This document shows, piece after piece, positions 17,149 through 26,542 of a stretch of 56,478 bases of DNA. The position numbers and the translations under genes were made by a program. Under the pieces are notes generated by a model, which had not been told where the DNA came from, ran no database searches, and saw nothing but the letters and a program-made list of their open reading frames with translations. This stretch comes from a virus (Duplodnaviria > Caudoviricetes): the IMG/VR virus record IMGVR_UViG_3300037487_000664, positions 1 to 56,478 of that record; one strand, written 5' to 3'. The first letter of the stretch is position 1, and each line of letters begins with the position of its first letter.

Positions 17149-17339
17149 CGATTGATCAAATCTTGCGGCTGCTGGAGGAGGCGCAGGCCTCTCTTGCAAA
17201 AAATGCGCTCCAGCAGCCCCAAGACCGCGATGCCTTCGAGTATGGCCGCACTGTCGGGATGTACGCGGGGCTGGAGCACGCCAAAGACGTCATCGTAAAC
17301 ATGGTGGCTGACAGGGAGCGGAAAGAATACGACTTCTGA
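17145..17339 (+). CDS. conserved small head-module protein
   Basis: 64 aa; FEYGRTVGMYAGLE motif. Confidence 0.7.
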   Translation: MTIDQILRLLEEAQASLAKNALQQPQDRDAFEYGRTVGMYAGLEHAKDVIVNMVADRERKEYDF

Positions 17340-17348
17340 GGAGCACAA

Positions 17349-17774
17349 ATGAACGAGTTTGCTAACAACGTAACCTTTAAATACGAGAGTTTGGACGAGG
17401 CGTTCCCCTCGTGCGATCCGGGGGTCATGCCCTTCGGCTCGCGCATTTTGATCCAGCTCAAGACGCCCAAGAAAGTGACCAAGGGCGGCATCCTGCTCAC
17501 GGACGACGTCCGCGAGACGGAGAAGTACAACACCCAAGTCGCCAAGGTGGTCGCCGTCGGGGAGCTAGCCTTTAAGAACCGCAACACCATGACCTCGTGG
17601 CCGGAAGGCTCGTGGGCCGTGGAGGGCGACTACGTGCGCGTACCGAAATACGGCGGGGATCGCTGGACCGTCTTGGCGGATACCGGCGACGAAGCCCTTT
17701 TCGTAATTTTCAATGATCTCGACCTAGTGGGCAAGGTGACCGGCGATCCGCTGGCCATCAAAGCCTTCCTATAA
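17349..17774 (+). CDS. groES: GroES-like co-chaperonin
   Basis: PFGSRILI..TKGGILL..AKVVAVG..W..GDYV..KYGG..NDLDLVG. Confidence 0.88.
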   Translation: MNEFANNVTFKYESLDEAFPSCDPGVMPFGSRILIQLKTPKKVTKGGILLTDDVRETEKYNTQVAKVVAVGELAFKNRNTMTSWPEGSWAVEGDYVRVPKYGGDRWTVLADTGDEALFVIFNDLDLVGKVTGDPLAIKAFL

Positions 17775-17792
17775 GGCTGAAAGGAGCCGGTC

Positions 17793-18722
17793 ATGGCAGC
17801 AGACACACTTTCTGAGACGGACGACGACGAACTCATCATCGTAGAAACGGATACAATCCCGCCCCCGGAGCAGATCAATGCTGAAGATGATACTGATGTC
17901 GACGACAGCGCTGACGCGGATGACGAGGATGAACGCCTCGTCTCCGGCGATGAAGAGGACGAAGACGACGGCAACCCAAACCGCAAAAAGCGGATCAAGC
18001 GCCGACAGGTCGTAAAGCAGGCCAAAGAGAAGACGCTGCAGGAACTGCAGTTCCTGCGCCAGCTGAACGAGGACATGGCGCGGCGTCTTGCGGCGGTCGA
18101 GGGCAACGCCCTTAGCTACAACAATGCCCAGCTTGACCAGCGTCTGTCTGACACCCAGCGTGAGGTGCAACAAGCCGAGACCATCATTGCCCGCGCCGTT
18201 GAGGCGGGGAACGGTGACGACGTCGCCGTCGCCATGCGGATGCGCGACGAGGCCATGGCTCGGGAGGCGCAGCTCTATTCTGCCAAGACGCAGATTGAGC
18301 AGGCGCGCACTCAACCCGCGCCCGTGGACCCCCGCGTCACGTCCCTCGGCCAGCAGTGGATGGAGGCCAACCCTTGGTACGACCCTCGCGGGTCAAACGA
18401 GGACAGCGCCGTCACTAACGCCATCGACACCCGGCTGGTGGCGGAGGGTTACAACCCCGCCTCAGTAGCGTACTGGGAGGAGCTTACTCGGCGCGTCTCG
18501 GCCCGCATCAACACGGACGATACGCCGCCATCAAGAGATCGGAAACGGGCTCCGCCCATGGGAACTTCTCGCGAACATGTGCCCCCAAGCACTAAAAAAG
18601 CAGTGTTCGTGACACCCGATAGAAAACAGGCTATGATCGAAGCTGGTGTTTGGGATGATCCGGTTCGCCGGGCTCAAATGCTTAAGGCGTATCAAGCCTA
18701 CGACCGTAACCCGCCGCGCTGA
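17793..18722 (+). CDS. putative scaffolding protein
   Basis: Acidic N-terminus, coiled coil, W..NPWY motif; position before capsid genes. Confidence 0.7.
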   Translation: MAADTLSETDDDELIIVETDTIPPPEQINAEDDTDVDDSADADDEDERLVSGDEEDEDDGNPNRKKRIKRRQVVKQAKEKTLQELQFLRQLNEDMARRLAAVEGNALSYNNAQLDQRLSDTQREVQQAETIIARAVEAGNGDDVAVAMRMRDEAMAREAQLYSAKTQIEQARTQPAPVDPRVTSLGQQWMEANPWYDPRGSNEDSAVTNAIDTRLVAEGYNPASVAYWEELTRRVSARINTDDTPPSRDRKRAPPMGTSREHVPPSTKKAVFVTPDRKQAMIEAGVWDDPVRRAQMLKAYQAYDRNPPR

Positions 18723-18736
18723 AAGGAGTGCAGCTT

Positions 18737-19273
18737 ATGGACATGGACGAACGTCTTAAAAAGGAACTGGGTGCCGGTCGAGGCTCCCGTGCGATGAGTG
18801 ACCGCGCTGTCACGGAACGCCGGGATATAAGCGATGACGATAGGCTGCAGATGTTCCAACAAGCCTTGTTTAACGACGCACTACCCGATCTGCCAAATCT
18901 ACCCGGCTATCACTTATGTTGGTTGACGACGACGAACACGCGAGACCCCATCCACCGTCGGATGCAGCTTGGCTACGAACCTGTAAAACCGGAAGAAGTT
19001 CCGGGCATGCAGTACGCCACGCTGAAAACGGGTGAATGGAGCGGGTTTATTGCCGTCAATGAGATGCTCGCGTTTAAGCTGCCCATGAGCCTCTATCAGC
19101 GGTTCATGCAGGAGGCTCACCACGATGCACCCCTCCGCGAGGAGCAATCTCTCGCAGATCAGTCAGATGCTATTCGTGAGCAACTGATGCGATCAGGAAG
19201 CAATGTGACCGAGGGCGATGGACTGTCGGAACTGCGTCAATCCAACCCCGCGCGTGGCGTCTTCACGGACTAG
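18737..19273 (+). CDS. conserved head-module protein
   Basis: PGYHLCW..RMQLGYEPV pattern; start uncertain (18728-18743). Confidence 0.65.
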   Translation: MDMDERLKKELGAGRGSRAMSDRAVTERRDISDDDRLQMFQQALFNDALPDLPNLPGYHLCWLTTTNTRDPIHRRMQLGYEPVKPEEVPGMQYATLKTGEWSGFIAVNEMLAFKLPMSLYQRFMQEAHHDAPLREEQSLADQSDAIREQLMRSGSNVTEGDGLSELRQSNPARGVFTD

Positions 19274-19304
19274 CGCGCATCCTTTAGCTTTTCGAGGTGA
19301 GACA

Positions 19305-19859
19305 ATGTCTGCGTCTTCAGCCCCGTTCGGCCTGCGTCCCGACTACAGCCCAAGCGGTGTGGTGCGCCCTACCGCCTACACCTGCCTTACGGGATACGCG
19401 TCGAACATTTTCCAGAACCAGCCGGTCAAGATCGGCACCAACGGCACGCTTGAGGCTGCCGCTGTCGGCAATCGGTTTATCGGCACCTTCCAAGGCGTCG
19501 AGTTCACCGATACCGATGGTCGTCGTCGGGTGTCCAACAAGTGGACGGCGTCTACGTCGGCTACGGACATCGTGGCCTACGCCACGCTGGACCCCTCTAT
19601 CGTTTACGAAATCCAAGCAGATGCTACCTTGGCCGTGACCGATATTGGTTCGCAGTATGACTTCACGACCATCACTGCCGGAAACTCCACCACGGGCCTT
19701 AGCGCCATGATGTTGGGTGTCTCCACCACCGCCGCAAATGCCAGTATGCGCCTGATCGGGCTCACCCCCGGTCCAGATAACGCTTTTGGCGATGCATTCC
19801 CAATCGTTCAGGTCCAGATCAGCGAACACCAAAATGTCGCCGATGTGGCCGGTTACTAG
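19305..19859 (+). CDS. putative capsid decoration/minor capsid protein
   Basis: APFGLRP start, GTFQGVEF, DPSIVYEIQAD; immediately upstream of MCP. Confidence 0.7.
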   Translation: MSASSAPFGLRPDYSPSGVVRPTAYTCLTGYASNIFQNQPVKIGTNGTLEAAAVGNRFIGTFQGVEFTDTDGRRRVSNKWTASTSATDIVAYATLDPSIVYEIQADATLAVTDIGSQYDFTTITAGNSTTGLSAMMLGVSTTAANASMRLIGLTPGPDNAFGDAFPIVQVQISEHQNVADVAGY

Positions 19860-19873
19860 GGAGGGTTTGAACC

Positions 19874-20788
19874 ATGGCTTCTCCTATGCGTTCAACGGAC
19901 TTCAGGTCCATTGTCGAACCGATCTTGAACGAAGAGTTCAACGGTATCTATGACCAGCGTGCAGACGAGTGGTCGCAGGTCTTCAAAGAGTTCACGGGTA
20001 TCCCGCGCAACTACCACGAAGAGCCTGTGCTGTTCGGCTTCGGCGCTGCTCCCGAGCTGCCCGACGGCATGCCCGTCACCTACAACTCAGGTGGCGTGCT
20101 GTTCATCCAGCGTTACATCTACCGCGTCTACGGTCTGGCTTTCGCCCTGACCAAAGTGCTGGTGGAAGACGGCGATCACATTCGGATTGGTCAGACCTAT
20201 TCGCGTCACCTCGCCCAGTCGCTGATTGAGACCAAGGAAACCCTTGGTGCCAACGTCATCAATCGCGCGTTCAACTCCGCCTATCCGGGCGGCGACGGCG
20301 TGCAACTGGTGGTCAGTACGCACCCGGTTGTCAGTGGTACGCAGTCCAACGTGCTGGCTACCGCCGCCAACCTCTCGCAGACCTCGCTTGAGCAACTGCT
20401 CATTCAGGTCCGCAATGCGGCGGACAACAACGGCAAGCGCATCCGCCTGACCCCGAAGAAGTTGGTTCTGGGTCCGTCAAATGTGTTCCAAGGTGAAGTG
20501 CTGCTCAAGTCCGTCCTGCGGGCTGGCACGGCAAATAACGATATTAATCCTGTAAATTCAATGGGATTGCTCGGAGATGGCCAAGCCAACCTGTCGCGTA
20601 TCACCTCGACCACCGCTTGGTGGATACAGACTGATGCGCCAGAGGGCCTCAAGCTCGCCAAGCGTCGTGGGCTTGAAAAGTCCATGGAAGGCGATTTTGA
20701 GACGGACAGCATGCGTTACAAGGCCACCGAGCGTTATGCGTTCGGCTGGACCGACTGGCGCAGCCTTTACGGCACCCCCGGTATCTAA
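19874..20788 (+). CDS. major capsid protein
   Basis: GFGAAP..G, YGLAFALT, KET..AN, GGDG, DFET..RYKATERYAFGWTDWR..GTPG. Confidence 0.9.
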   Translation: MASPMRSTDFRSIVEPILNEEFNGIYDQRADEWSQVFKEFTGIPRNYHEEPVLFGFGAAPELPDGMPVTYNSGGVLFIQRYIYRVYGLAFALTKVLVEDGDHIRIGQTYSRHLAQSLIETKETLGANVINRAFNSAYPGGDGVQLVVSTHPVVSGTQSNVLATAANLSQTSLEQLLIQVRNAADNNGKRIRLTPKKLVLGPSNVFQGEVLLKSVLRAGTANNDINPVNSMGLLGDGQANLSRITSTTAWWIQTDAPEGLKLAKRRGLEKSMEGDFETDSMRYKATERYAFGWTDWRSLYGTPGI

Positions 20789-20791
20789 CGT

Positions 20792-20824
20792 GGTTGGGGG
20801 CATTATGCCCCCAACCCTCTCTTG
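20792..20824 (+). terminator. hairpin after MCP
   Basis: GGTTGGGGGCA-TTA-TGCCCCCAACC followed by CTCTCTT. Confidence 0.6.
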
Positions 20825-20839
20825 AAAGGGGAACCTCAA

Positions 20840-21292
20840 ATGGCACAAACCACTTGGAGCGGCCCACTAGCCTCCGGCGACAAGAACGCCGGGGTTACGG
20901 GAGGCCCAAATATCGGTCAGGCAATTCTCTCGCAGACCGTGCTGCTTACGTTCGATGCCACGCTTGTTCAGAACGCCACCGTATATCTGCCGCTTAGTTC
21001 GCAGATTACCGACATTCTGGTCGACGTGCTCACGGCGTATAACAGCGCCACTAGCGCCACACTTTCGGTTGGAACGTCTACGGGCGCGACGACCTACATG
21101 AGCGGCGTCAACGTCAAGGTGGCGGGTCGAATTGCTCCCACACTAACAGCGGCCCAACTGCTGGCTATGGCCAACATTGGTACGACAAGCGTATCGGGTA
21201 CTGCCGTGGCAACCGTAACCTCCGTCGGTACACCGACTGCGGGCTCGGTTCGGGTAACTTTCCGCTACGTTCAGACCACTTCTCAAGACTAA
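20840..21292 (+). CDS. virion structural protein
   Basis: MAQTTWSGP start; Thr-rich beta protein. Confidence 0.7.
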   Translation: MAQTTWSGPLASGDKNAGVTGGPNIGQAILSQTVLLTFDATLVQNATVYLPLSSQITDILVDVLTAYNSATSATLSVGTSTGATTYMSGVNVKVAGRIAPTLTAAQLLAMANIGTTSVSGTAVATVTSVGTPTAGSVRVTFRYVQTTSQD

Positions 21293-21297
21293 TGTTA

Positions 21298-21328
21298 TGG
21301 GGACGGTCTTCGGATCGTCCCCACTTTC
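21298..21328 (+). terminator. cUUCGg-tetraloop hairpin terminator
   Basis: TGGGGACGGTC-TTCG-GATCGTCCCCA-CTTT. Confidence 0.7.
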
Positions 21329-21340
21329 AGAGGAAGTATC

Positions 21341-21745
21341 ATGGCCGACGCAGTTGCTTCTCAAACGCTTTTTGATGGCGAGCGTTTGGCCATCATGAAG
21401 TTCACCAATATTTCTGATGGCACGGGTGAAACCAAAGTCAGCAAAGTAACGCCATCCAGCCTAACGGCTAACAGCCGTGGCAAGGCGTGCTCCGCTGTCA
21501 CCATTACAAAAATCTGGGTTACCACGCACGGCATGCAGGTGCTGCTGTACTGGGACGCCACCACCGACGTGCTGATAATGGCAATACCGCAAAACACCAA
21601 TCAGACTTTAGATTATCGCGATATAAGCGGGCTGTGGAATAACGGCGGGGCCGGTGTCACGGGTATCATTCAGTTTTCAACTGCCGACGCCAGCGCAGGC
21701 GACAGCTACACCGTGACCCTTGAGATGGTTAAGACCTACGCCTGA
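21341..21745 (+). CDS. virion structural protein
   Basis: MADAVASQTLFDG..KFTNISDGTGE; RBS. Confidence 0.7.
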   Translation: MADAVASQTLFDGERLAIMKFTNISDGTGETKVSKVTPSSLTANSRGKACSAVTITKIWVTTHGMQVLLYWDATTDVLIMAIPQNTNQTLDYRDISGLWNNGGAGVTGIIQFSTADASAGDSYTVTLEMVKTYA

Positions 21746-21770
21746 GACCGTTAAGTTAGGAGACACGTAA

Positions 21771-22193
21771 GTGGCTGACGTAAAAATCTCGGGGATGACG
21801 CCGGGAACTGCGCTGACAGGCGCAGAGCTTTTTGAAAGCGTCCAGACCGCCGCCACGGTGTCGCTAACTGCGCCTCAAATCAAGGCGTACAGCAACCAGT
21901 CCGGCTACACGTACAACGTCCCCATTACCGGTTTCAGCCTGACCATCGGCGCAGCCATTCAAGTGTTGGTGCTAAACCCGGCGGGCGTTTTGGCCACCGG
22001 AACGGTCATCCTTCCCGTTGCGCCGCTGGACGGCGATCAAGTGCGTATCAGCACCACGCAGACCATCACGACCCTCACCCTTACGCCTAGCGGCACGCAG
22101 ACCATTGCCAACGCCGTGACCACGCTGGCGGGCAACGGCTTTGTCGCGTACCTGTACTCGACGGCGCAGAACAAGTGGTTCCGGGTGGGCTGA
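21771..22193 (+). CDS. virion fibre/decoration protein
   Basis: MADVKIS start; LNPAGVLATGTVILP..DG..WFRVG. Confidence 0.65.
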   Translation: MADVKISGMTPGTALTGAELFESVQTAATVSLTAPQIKAYSNQSGYTYNVPITGFSLTIGAAIQVLVLNPAGVLATGTVILPVAPLDGDQVRISTTQTITTLTLTPSGTQTIANAVTTLAGNGFVAYLYSTAQNKWFRVG

Positions 22194-22861
22194 TGTTGGG
22201 CTTCTCGCTATCCAGCAGGATTAAAGACGCCGCCGAGCAGCTCTCTGAGGCGACCGCTCCGTTTGCCCCTCCGGCAGGCGCACCGCCCATGGGCGGAGCC
22301 CCTCCAATGGGTATGCCGCCGATGGGTATGCCGCCGATGGGTATGCCGCCGATGGGCGGACCCCCAATGGGTATGCCCCCTCCAATGGGTATGCCGCGCC
22401 CGCCCGGATTGCCGCCGGGTATGCCCCCGCCGGGCATGCCGCGCTCGCCGACCATGCCGCCGCAAGGCCCGGCCCCCTCGCCCCTGCAGGGTCTGCCCTC
22501 GTTCAAGTCGCCGCCACTGGCGGCGTTCTTGCAGGGGCCGAAAGGCCAACTCGCGCAAACCTCAAAGCCCGTCGGCTTTGCCCGAGGCGGGCTCGCCATG
22601 GCCAAGGGCGGCGCGTGGACGCGCAAGGAAGGCCAGAACCCCGAAGGCGGTTTAAACGCCAAGGGCCGTGCGTCATTGAAGGCGCAGGGCCAAAACATAA
22701 AGCCGCCCGTGACGGCCAAGCAGGCGGCGAAGTCGCCAACTTCGGCTGCGCGTCGCAAGAGCTTTTGTGCTAGATCAGCAGGTCAAGCAGCAATGTTCCC
22801 TGATGCTGCGCGCGATCCCAATAGCCGTCTTAACAAGGCAAGGCGCAAATGGGAGTGCTGA
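22193..22861 (+). CDS. Pro/Met/Gly-rich protein with C-terminal DUF6321-like domain
   Basis: PPMGM repeats, then AWTRKEGQNPEGGLNAKGRAS..RRKSFCAR..WEC; TGATG coupling. Confidence 0.75.
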   Translation: MLGFSLSSRIKDAAEQLSEATAPFAPPAGAPPMGGAPPMGMPPMGMPPMGMPPMGGPPMGMPPPMGMPRPPGLPPGMPPPGMPRSPTMPPQGPAPSPLQGLPSFKSPPLAAFLQGPKGQLAQTSKPVGFARGGLAMAKGGAWTRKEGQNPEGGLNAKGRASLKAQGQNIKPPVTAKQAAKSPTSAARRKSFCARSAGQAAMFPDAARDPNSRLNKARRKWEC

Positions 22862-23283
22862 CCTTTTGCTGCCGTAAGTGCAAAACAGAAAAACTGCTTG
22901 ATGCAGAGAATTTCCCTCCGCACAAACATACGACATCGGGGTTTGATAGCTGGTGTCGCCCGTGTCGCCGCGCTTACCGTAAAAAATACCGCAAGTTGGC
23001 GGGCGTGCGACCTGATCAGGAACACCTTGTAGAGGTCGCTCGAAAAAGCGTTGCGTGCGTAATTTGTGGTGACACTTACGGGCTAGTAGTTGATCACGAT
23101 CACCGAACGGGTCGTGTGCGCGGCGCGCTTTGCCTACGATGCAATATGGGTTTAGGGCATTTCAGAGATGACCCAGAGCTGTTAGAATTAGCGGCATTGT
23201 ATATCCGGGGTGAGTGCGCTTGCGGAGAGTGCGTTCCGATTTGGGGAGGTCGCCCCGATGAAGCGGCGTATATAAGTCAATGA
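22849..23283 (+). mobile_element. free-standing Endonuclease VII-family (His-Me) putative homing endonuclease
   Basis: CVICG..LVVDHDHRTGRVRGALCLRCNMGLGHFRDD; AT-richer; flanked by 16-bp repeat. Confidence 0.88.
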
Positions 23284-23348
23284 TGCAGGACGAAAAGGGC
23301 CGTCCAACTCGCAAAGCCCTCTCTTTGCGCAAATGGGAGTGCAGGTAA
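23280..23348 (+). pseudogene. orphaned alternative 3' end of the DUF6321-like gene
   Basis: MMQDEKGRPTRKALSLRKWECR*; shares GCGCAAATGGGAGTGC with 22843-22858. Confidence 0.75.
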
Positions 23349-23349
23349 C

Positions 23350-25179
23350 ATGGACGGGTTCAAGAACACCACGAAGACCCAGTACTCCATGGGCGGCTAC
23401 GCGACAGGCGGATCGGCCAAGTTCGGCAAGGTCATGCGCGAGTTCAAAGCAGGCACGCTGCACAGCGGCTCGAAGAAAGGCCCCGCAGTAACCAACCCCA
23501 AGCAAGCCTTTGCCATCGCGGCGTCGGAGGCGCGCAAGGCCCCGATGAAGAAGCAGGCGGGTGGCCCCGTTGCCAACAAGACGGGCACCCGGACTGATCC
23601 CGAATACGGCGACTTTGTGGCGGCTGGCGCTGCCAAGCCCTCCGCCATGGCGGTTAAGAAGCCCGCTCCGATGGCCAAGAAGGCCGTTCCGGTGGCGTCG
23701 CGCACGCCGATGGTCCCCGCAAAGAAGCCGATGCCCCGCGCCATGTTTGGCGATGAAGCCGCCGCTGCAATGGACCGCTCTGGCAAGGCGGGCATGACCG
23801 CCGCCGAAAAGCGCGAAGGCTACAACATGGGCGGCTCTGCCATGCGCATGGCTGAAGGCGATTACGGCTATAAAAAAGGTGGCCGTACCAAAGGCCCCAA
23901 AGTCATGGCGGAGAAAACGGTCGCTACCAAGCGCACGGCGACGCCAACCATGAACGCGCAAGAGATGCGCACCATGGAGCGCTATCAAACCGCCATGGCC
24001 TCGCGGCCTAACCGTCAACCTATTGTGGCCGAAGGCAAGCGCACTGCCGCAGCCCTCACGCCAATCCTCCGCCGCGCTATGGCCGCTGCGCCTCCCGCCA
24101 TGAATGAGGGTGCCCTCCCAATGACCCCTCCCGCCATGAAGAAGGGTGGGAAAGCCCGATTTCAAGTAATGCGTAAGGCCGAGGGCGGTGCCGTTACCCT
24201 GTCGTTCACGCCTCCGAGCGCCCCTCCCGCCGGGCAGCGTTGGATACAACGCGACGACGGGCAACTGCTGCTTGTCAGCACCGACCCCAACGCCACTTAC
24301 GTTGGGCGCTCCGGCACTGTCAAAAAGGTCAGCGACCTGTCTGTCTACCAAGGCGGTGAGGCGGGTAGGCCTGCGGCTAACTTTGTAGCTAACACCGCCC
24401 CCGACGTGCTTGCCAACCTGCGTCGTGTAGGTGGCCTAGATGCCAGCTACGATGTTCCCGATGCCGGGGAGATCGGCAACCGTCAAAACGCCAAGCTCTC
24501 CTTTACCCCTCCCGGCGTCGCCCCCGCCGGGCAGCGTTACGTGCAGCGCGACGACGGGGCTCTTGTGCTTGTCAGCACCGCCCCCAACGCCACTTACACT
24601 GGGCGCTCGGGCACTGTTAAAAATGTTAGCGACCTGTCCATTTACCAAGGCGGTAACGCTTACATCCCGGCTGCTAACTTTGCGGCTAACAGCGCGCCCG
24701 AGGTTATTGCTAACTTGCAGCGGGTCGGCGGCCTTCCTGACGCGTATAAAGCGCCTGCGGCGGGGACGCTCGCGCCTCCCCCACCGAGACCTATGCCCCC
24801 CGCAACGAGGTCTGTGCCACCCCCCGGATCAAAAACTACGCTTCCTACAAGCAGCGTTGCCGGTGGGCAAATGGGTTCCGTGTCGAACCCCGCTTTCCAA
24901 AGCACGGGGAACGTCGACCCCCGCAATTTGGCCGAGACTTACCGCGCCAGCGTGCCGGGCTACAGCTACGGCGAAGACCCCGCTGGCGAGAGGCAGTTCT
25001 TCAGATACGCCGTGGCTCCCGGCGCTCCGCCGCCCTACAAGACAGGCGGCGCGGTCTCCGTGCCCAAGACGGCCCTCGCCGCTCGCACCGCGCAGAAGCA
25101 CACCGCTGCCATGGCCTCGCGGCCCAACCGCAAACCCGTGGTCGGCGGGGATATGCGCAAGGGTGGCACGTCCCGCTAG
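23350..25179 (+). CDS. low-complexity multi-module protein: DUF6496-like domain, duplicated ~99-aa domain, many xxxGG motifs
   Basis: KVMREFKAGTLHSGSKKGP.VT..KQA.AIA.SEA; LSFTPP repeats at 24199 and 24496. Confidence 0.75.
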   Translation: MDGFKNTTKTQYSMGGYATGGSAKFGKVMREFKAGTLHSGSKKGPAVTNPKQAFAIAASEARKAPMKKQAGGPVANKTGTRTDPEYGDFVAAGAAKPSAMAVKKPAPMAKKAVPVASRTPMVPAKKPMPRAMFGDEAAAAMDRSGKAGMTAAEKREGYNMGGSAMRMAEGDYGYKKGGRTKGPKVMAEKTVATKRTATPTMNAQEMRTMERYQTAMASRPNRQPIVAEGKRTAAALTPILRRAMAAAPPAMNEGALPMTPPAMKKGGKARFQVMRKAEGGAVTLSFTPPSAPPAGQRWIQRDDGQLLLVSTDPNATYVGRSGTVKKVSDLSVYQGGEAGRPAANFVANTAPDVLANLRRVGGLDASYDVPDAGEIGNRQNAKLSFTPPGVAPAGQRYVQRDDGALVLVSTAPNATYTGRSGTVKNVSDLSIYQGGNAYIPAANFAANSAPEVIANLQRVGGLPDAYKAPAAGTLAPPPPRPMPPATRSVPPPGSKTTLPTSSVAGGQMGSVSNPAFQSTGNVDPRNLAETYRASVPGYSYGEDPAGERQFFRYAVAPGAPPPYKTGGAVSVPKTALAARTAQKHTAAMASRPNRKPVVGGDMRKGGTSR

Positions 25180-25253
25180 TCTGAGCTATAATGCGACAAA
25201 GACAGGTCCGCTCCAGCTAGTGGGCTGCTGACTAATCCCAGCGGGCAGGTCTA

Positions 25254-26240
25254 ATGGCTTATTCTAACACCGTTTCGCAGACCGTCTTCAACACCCGTAG
25301 GGTGATTGATAACGCTGTTCGACGTTGTAAACTGACGTCTCAACAAATTACGGCTGAATACGTCAGCATTGCCAACGACGCGCTTTACCTGCTGCTATCT
25401 GATCTGGCCAATCAGGGCGTGCCCCTGTGGTGCATCGAAAAGCTGATTATGCCGCTGTACGACGGGGTGGGCACGGTGGCTCTGCCCGCCCGCATCGTGG
25501 ACGTGCTTAACTCCAACCTGCGCTATCTGCAGGAGGTCACCGGCACAAATACCGACACCTCCACGTCTCGGACAGTGGCTTTCGGGGATGCCGTGTTCGT
25601 CTCTACGGTGGGCATCCGGTGGTCGGCGGCTTCGGTTCCGATCATCTTTGAGCGGTCTGATGACAACATAACGTACACGACCATCCAGACCGAGACGCCC
25701 AGTGCCGTGAGCGGAGAGTGGACGTGGTACGATCTGGATAGCAGCGTCGCGGCAGAATACTTTCGCGTCAGTGCCAGCTCCGGCACGCTCGGCTTTTCCC
25801 AGATATATCTAGGCAATACGCCCACGGAAATCCCGCTGGCGCGTTTAAACAGGGACGACTACACCAATCTGCCCAACAAGGCGTTTCAGTCCAACAGGCC
25901 CCTGCAGTTCTGGTTTGACCGATCCCTGACGCAGCCGGTTATGAACCTGTGGCCCGTGCCAAACGCGGCGGCGACAGAGTACCAACTTACGCTGTGGTGC
26001 CACCGCTACATCATGGATGTCGGCACCCTTACGCAAGAGATCGAGGTTCCGCAGCGCTGGTACGAGGCTATCGTAGCGCTGCTGGCTGCTAAACTGGCGT
26101 TAGAGCTGGTGGAGGCCGATCCGCAGCTCATTCCTCTGCTTGACGGAAAAGCCGCTCAGGCGTTGGCGACGGCGCAGGCGGAAGAGCGCGACAACAGCCC
26201 GATCATGTGGTCGCCAAACATCAGTATGTATACAAGGTAA
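25254..26240 (+). CDS. putative head-tail adaptor with inserted beta domain
   Basis: LL.DLANQG.PLW, RLNRDDY.NLPNK..RP.QFW.DR, WPVP, PQRWYEAI. Confidence 0.7.
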   Translation: MAYSNTVSQTVFNTRRVIDNAVRRCKLTSQQITAEYVSIANDALYLLLSDLANQGVPLWCIEKLIMPLYDGVGTVALPARIVDVLNSNLRYLQEVTGTNTDTSTSRTVAFGDAVFVSTVGIRWSAASVPIIFERSDDNITYTTIQTETPSAVSGEWTWYDLDSSVAAEYFRVSASSGTLGFSQIYLGNTPTEIPLARLNRDDYTNLPNKAFQSNRPLQFWFDRSLTQPVMNLWPVPNAAATEYQLTLWCHRYIMDVGTLTQEIEVPQRWYEAIVALLAAKLALELVEADPQLIPLLDGKAAQALATAQAEERDNSPIMWSPNISMYTR

Positions 26241-26542
26241 TGGGCGTCTACCTAAACACTCTCGGGCGCGCGACCCTAGGCATCGGCATCTGCGGGCGCT
26301 GCAGCCGTAAGTTCTCGCTTGACGATCTGTGGTCCGATCCCAACTCGCCGGGCCTTCGCGTGTGCGCGGTTGATCGGGACGATTTTGACCCCTACCGGTT
26401 ACCGGCCCGTCAACCCGAGACCCTCGCCCTGCGCTACCCCCGGCCAGATACGCCGATTGGGACCGACCCGGCGGGTCTGCCCACTGAAGATGACAACTAT
26501 TTCCTGATTACCGAAGACGGAGAGGATTACCTCCTGCCATGA
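26240..26542 (+). CDS. small Zn-finger virion-module protein
   Basis: GICGRC..LRVC..D.DP..RPD; C-terminal LITEDG motif. Confidence 0.7.
   Translation: MGVYLNTLGRATLGIGICGRCSRKFSLDDLWSDPNSPGLRVCAVDRDDFDPYRLPARQPETLALRYPRPDTPIGTDPAGLPTEDDNYFLITEDGEDYLLP

Noticed and set aside
22849-23283. Group I intron around the endonuclease
   Set aside because: The upstream gene ends with a complete C-terminus and stop codon, and there is no room for an intron core outside the ORF
23188-24351. 387-aa minus-strand ORF
   Set aside because: Antisense shadow of the 609-aa gene; no motifs or RBS
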